Positions 63,011 through 64,000 of a DNA stretch of 64,000 nt are shown piece by piece; the first letter of the stretch is position 1, and the number at the start of each line of letters is the position of its first letter. A model generated the notes under the pieces. That model was not told where the DNA came from, did not search any database, and was given only the letters and a program-made list of their open reading frames with translations. Source of the DNA: Hypanus sabinus (Eukaryota); the NCBI RefSeq assembly GCF_030144855.1, contig NC_082717.1, forward strand, positions 13,144,001 through 13,208,000, read 5' to 3'. The position numbers and the translations under genes are program-made.

Positions 63011-63124
63011 ATCTTGATATATATTTCTTATTGTAATTTAGTTTTTTTATTATGTACTGCAGCTGCAAAACAACAAATTTCATGACATGCCTGTGATATT
63101 AAACCTGATTCTGTTATCAACATT

Positions 63125-63705
63125 TATTTCAAAAGAACTAGAATACAAAAGCGAAGATGTATTGCTGAGGCTTTGTGAAGAGTTTTGGGCCCTTTATGCA
63201 AGAAAACACCTGGGTGGAGAGGAATTGAAGAGGGTCCAGAGATGGTCATGAGAGTGATCCCAGGAATGAAAAGGTTAAAGTACGCGAAGCATTTGCTGTC
63301 TCTGGGTCTGTATTTATTGGAATTCAGAAAAAGGGGGGGGGAGGGATCTCATTGAAAGCTATTGAATATTGAAAGCCTTAGATAGAGCTAATGTATAGAG
63401 GATATTTCCAAAAGTGTGGTGTCTAGGACCAGAGAAAACAAGACTCAGAATACACAGAAGTCCCTTTAGAACAGAGGTAAGGAAGAATTTGTTCATCCAG
63501 TTGGTGGTGAATATGAGGAATTCACCGCCATAGACAGCTGTGCAGGCCAAGTCATTGAGTATATTTAAAGTGAAGGTTGATAGAGTCTATAGTAAGGGTA
63601 TCAAAGGTTATGGGAGAATGGGGTTGGGATAGGTAATAAATCAGTCATGGTAGAATGGCAGAGCAGACTAAATGGGCCGAATAGTTTAATTCTGCCTCTA
63701 TTGTC
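63125..63705 (+). mobile_element. CR1 LINE 3' fragment
   Basis: Same CR1 3' motifs and UTR as 6586-7190. Confidence 0.7.
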
Positions 63706-64000
63706 TTAGGTAACCCCCTCACTGGGCTCGTATACAAACTTGCTCATTAGCTAGCTCTGCTAACAGCTTTGTGACTCAGCAAAGTCAAAGTTCATACTCA
63801 ACATACATCTAGAGTTAATATGATCTGGGGTTCAACCAAACAGAAAAGTTGGGCTGTTCTGATCAACGGAACTTTGATTTGAGTGAATACTGTGTAAATA
63901 CGGTTCATACACAATTATTGGTTGGCGAGAAATAACAGATCATACACCCCCTTGAAATTATACCAAAAGTGTATTTACTAATTTCAGCAGTTATTAAGAG

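Overview
Eukaryotic, repeat-rich vertebrate DNA, most likely from a cartilaginous fish (ray/shark). That taxon is inferred from the repeat families and the NLR and histone sequences. About 29.5-58 kb is a decaying replication-dependent histone cluster. It has intact H2B (39634-40008), H2A (40990-41370), H1 (53842-54471) and H3 (56088-56498), each with a 3' stem-loop, plus truncated or dead H2B, H2A and H4 copies. The most striking structure is a class I (gamma/epsilon-like, HERV-I/ERV3-type env, tRNA-Pro PBS) endogenous retrovirus composite at 29856-34961. Its two outer ends are both the same (U5) LTR end, in inverted orientation. One is joined inside an H2B coding sequence and the other inside an H2A coding sequence, with no TSD. 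This fits two independent insertions of one ERV family into histone CDSs followed by rearrangement, and hints at a histone-gene-targeting retrovirus. The provirus has open gag(MA-L-NC)/PR-RT frames but has lost CA, RNaseH/IN core and most of env. The rest of the window contains CR1, Rex1/Babar, Hero and Penelope-type retroelements, several solo LTRs with intact TSDs, hAT and Tc1-like MITEs, minisatellites and an apparently processed NLR pseudogene. It also holds many ~100-160 bp hammerhead-ribozyme-bearing mini-elements and a candidate non-circularly permuted hammerhead in the Hero 3' UTR. All calls were made by eye, without database searches, and boundaries of old repeats are approximate.
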